Source: Squatina squatina
Taxonomy: Eukaryota
Direction of reading: 5' to 3'
Assembly (NCBI GenBank): GCA_031763465.1
Contig: JARFOE010000016.1
Coordinates: 9,991,026-10,029,406 of the forward strand
DNA length: 38,381 nt
Shown: positions 35,772 through 38,381 of the stretch, in pieces
Layout: the number at the start of each line of letters is the position of its first letter
Position numbering within the stretch: the stretch's first letter is position 1
Position numbers and translations under genes: made by a program
The notes under the pieces: generated by a model
The model's database searches: none
Seen by the model: the letters and a program-made list of their open reading frames with translations, nothing else
What the model was told of the DNA's origin: nothing

Positions 35772-35871
35772 NNNNNNNNNNNNNNNNNNNNNNNNNNNNN
35801 NNNNNNNNNNNNNNNNNNNNNNNNNNNNNNNNNNNNNNNNNNNNNNNNNNNNNNNNNNNNNNNNNNNNNNN

Positions 35872-36520
35872 AGACAGGGATGGGTGGACATGCAAGGTAT
35901 GTTGGTGTGACTAATGATGTGCAGAAGTAGGCTTGGGAAGTCAGAGTGATGGGGATGTGGTGACAGGTACATCAGGATGAAGGTGAGTGTGGCTTTGCAC
36001 TCACCTTTCCTGACCTCATCAGATCATTGAATCTCTTCCTGCACTGGATCCAGGTCCTCCTCATGAACACCCTGCTGCTAACCTCCTCTGCTATTTGCAG
36101 CCAGGCCTTTTTGATCTTTTCGGGAGGTCTCTTGCGCCCATCTGCTGGGACGAGGACCTCCCTATGTGCTCTTACTGCCTCAACCAGAATATGCAGCGAG
36201 GCATCAGTAAAGCGGGGTGCAGTCCTCTGCCTTTGGGTATTCATATTTTGCACTTTGCACAATAACTCCACCCTTTCCAATGCCCCTTCCACACTCCTTT
36301 ACCAACCATCAAATGAGTTGTGTGCAAGGCTGCTTTAAATATGGGCGCTGGAAATGAGTCATCGAAGATGTCATCAAACCCGCACCTTTAGTAGGGTCAG
36401 GAAATGCACATGGCTGGTTTAATTGGGGCCATTACGAAAAAGTCACTCTGAGGAGCGGCTGATCAAGTCATCACATTCCCAACCTGCACCTGACCCGACT
36501 CAGAAGTAAAAATTCCGGCC
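35872..36520 (-). mobile_element. PIF/Harbinger transposon end carrying the Myb/SANT gene
   Basis: Terminus gtaaaaattccggcc at 36506-36520, with the Myb exon inside. Other end lost in a gap. Confidence 0.75.
36005..36244 (-). CDS. Harbinger Myb/SANT-like DNA-binding protein, first exon (NAIF1/MSANTD-like domain)
   Basis: MNTQRQRTAPRFTDASLHILVEAVRAHREVLVPADGRKRPPEKIKKAWLQIAEEVSSRVFMRRTWIQCRKRFNDLMRSGK|gtgagt. Trihelix pattern RF..L..V...AW..IA..V...RT..QC.KRFNDL. Confidence 0.8.
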
Positions 36521-37179
36521 ATAGTGCCTGGATATTCTGTTCCCCGCCTGGTCGAAATGGAACACATGAGTAGTATCTGTCGGCAGAATGGGGCTCGGGA
36601 TTGCTCTATGTTGAGTCTCCGCCTATACCTTGGTCTGCCAGCTGTCCGCCACCACCCCATCCCCTGCATCAGGGAGAATGCGGACCAGACCCACCAGAAA
36701 TGAAGTGGAGAGATGCAGATCAGTGTGAGATGAGTTGCATTGTCATCCACGATTGTTCGTGTCATTAAACCTCTCTGTATGTCAGTCTCAGGGCACACTG
36801 CAATTGAGTATCTCTCAGGATATAAATTTCAAAAGAGGATGTTGGAAGATGGCACACTTAAATGTCTCTTTCAGTGAGATTAAATTTTGATCAATTGTAA
36901 GCAGATCATTTATCTCAGGAGATCTTTTATTGCTGCTGTCAGTTTAAGTACTTTAACAAGGCTCATTATGACTGAGGCCTGAAGCTATGGTTTCAAGATA
37001 GGAAGGCTTTAAAGGTACAGTCTCTTAAAGGAAAATTCCTCTTGGAGTGGCAGGGGAGCCTGGGGAGGGTAAGGAGTTACTCAGCCAGCAGACTGTACAG
37101 AGTGTGGAATTCTTACCTCCAGCTGTCTGAAGAGTAGTGCCTGAGGAAACTAAAGTTCCCCAAAGGTGTGCTCATCGAT

Positions 37180-37527
37180 GCAGAGGAAGATCGGAACAGG
37201 AGTAGGTATTATTAGCCCATCAAGCCTGGTCTGCCATTCAATGAGATCTGTACCGTAACTCTATTTATCTGCCATTGATCCATAACCCTTGATACTCTTA
37301 ACCAACAAAATCTATTGGTCTCAAACTTGAAAGTATCAATTAACCCCCAGCATCCTCAGCTTCTTTGAGGGCAGAGGTCCAGATTTCCTCTGGCCTTTGT
37401 GTGATTAAACGCTTCCTGATTTCACTCCTGAATAGCCTCCTTCTATTTTTAAGATTGTGCCCCCTTGTTCTGAACTCTCCCACCAGAAGTAATATTTCTC
37501 TGTATCTATTCTATCGAATCTCTTATC
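37180..37527 (-). mobile_element. CR1 LINE 3' end (degenerate)
   Basis: aggagtagg...agcccatcaagcctggtctgccattcaatgagatc...tttaagattgtgcccccttgttct. Confidence 0.75.
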
Positions 37528-37627
37528 NNNNNNNNNNNNNNNNNNNNNNNNNNNNNNNNNNNNNNNNNNNNNNNNNNNNNNNNNNNNNNNNNNNNNNNNN
37601 NNNNNNNNNNNNNNNNNNNNNNNNNNN

Positions 37628-38214
<587 letters not shown>

Positions 38215-38247
38215 TGAGCTCTTCCTTGTTGCTTCACTTCAGTAAAG

Positions 38248-38381
38248 GAAAAGAAAGACTTGCATTTATATAGCACCTTTCATGGCCTCAGGACATCCCA
38301 GAGCGCTTTACAGCCAATGAAGTGCTTTTGGAGTATAGTCACTGTTGTGATGTAGGGAACGCAGCAACCAATTCACACAGC
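38248..38381 (-). mobile_element. Deu-domain SINE 3' end
   Basis: gacttgcatttatatagcacctttcatggcctcaggacatcccagagcgctttacagccaatgaag. Confidence 0.8.

Overview
Eukaryotic vertebrate genomic DNA. The repeat complement suggests a cartilaginous fish (shark-like); this is an inference. The window is a fragmented scaffold of roughly 0.6-3 kb contigs joined mostly by 100-N gaps. The minus strand carries 15 recognisable coding exons of DOCK3 (SH3, DHR-1 and DHR-2 Rac GEF) in correct order, with canonical GT-AG sites wherever the boundary is not cut by a gap. Many other DOCK3 exons, including the first three and the last few, are not visible and presumably lie in the gaps or outside the window. The right end carries the 3' part of the large Venus-flytrap exon of a group II metabotropic glutamate receptor (GRM2-like) on the plus strand. 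Introns are full of repeats: CR1, L2 and RTE LINE fragments, Penelope-like pieces, several SINE families (Deu/SacSINE1-like, LF-SINE-like and others), PIF/Harbinger and hAT elements, a 29-bp minisatellite and a GA microsatellite. The most interesting non-routine signals are: a complete minimal type I hammerhead ribozyme motif in a Penelope terminal repeat; a second copy split in its helix III by a MITE; LF-SINE-like repeats; an intact Harbinger Myb/SANT exon; a GRM2/DOCK3 arrangement unlike the human one; and an RNPWF-to-RTSWF change in GRM2. I found no clear evidence for an entirely new biological system. Exon numbers and reference sequences are recalled from human genes, not looked up.
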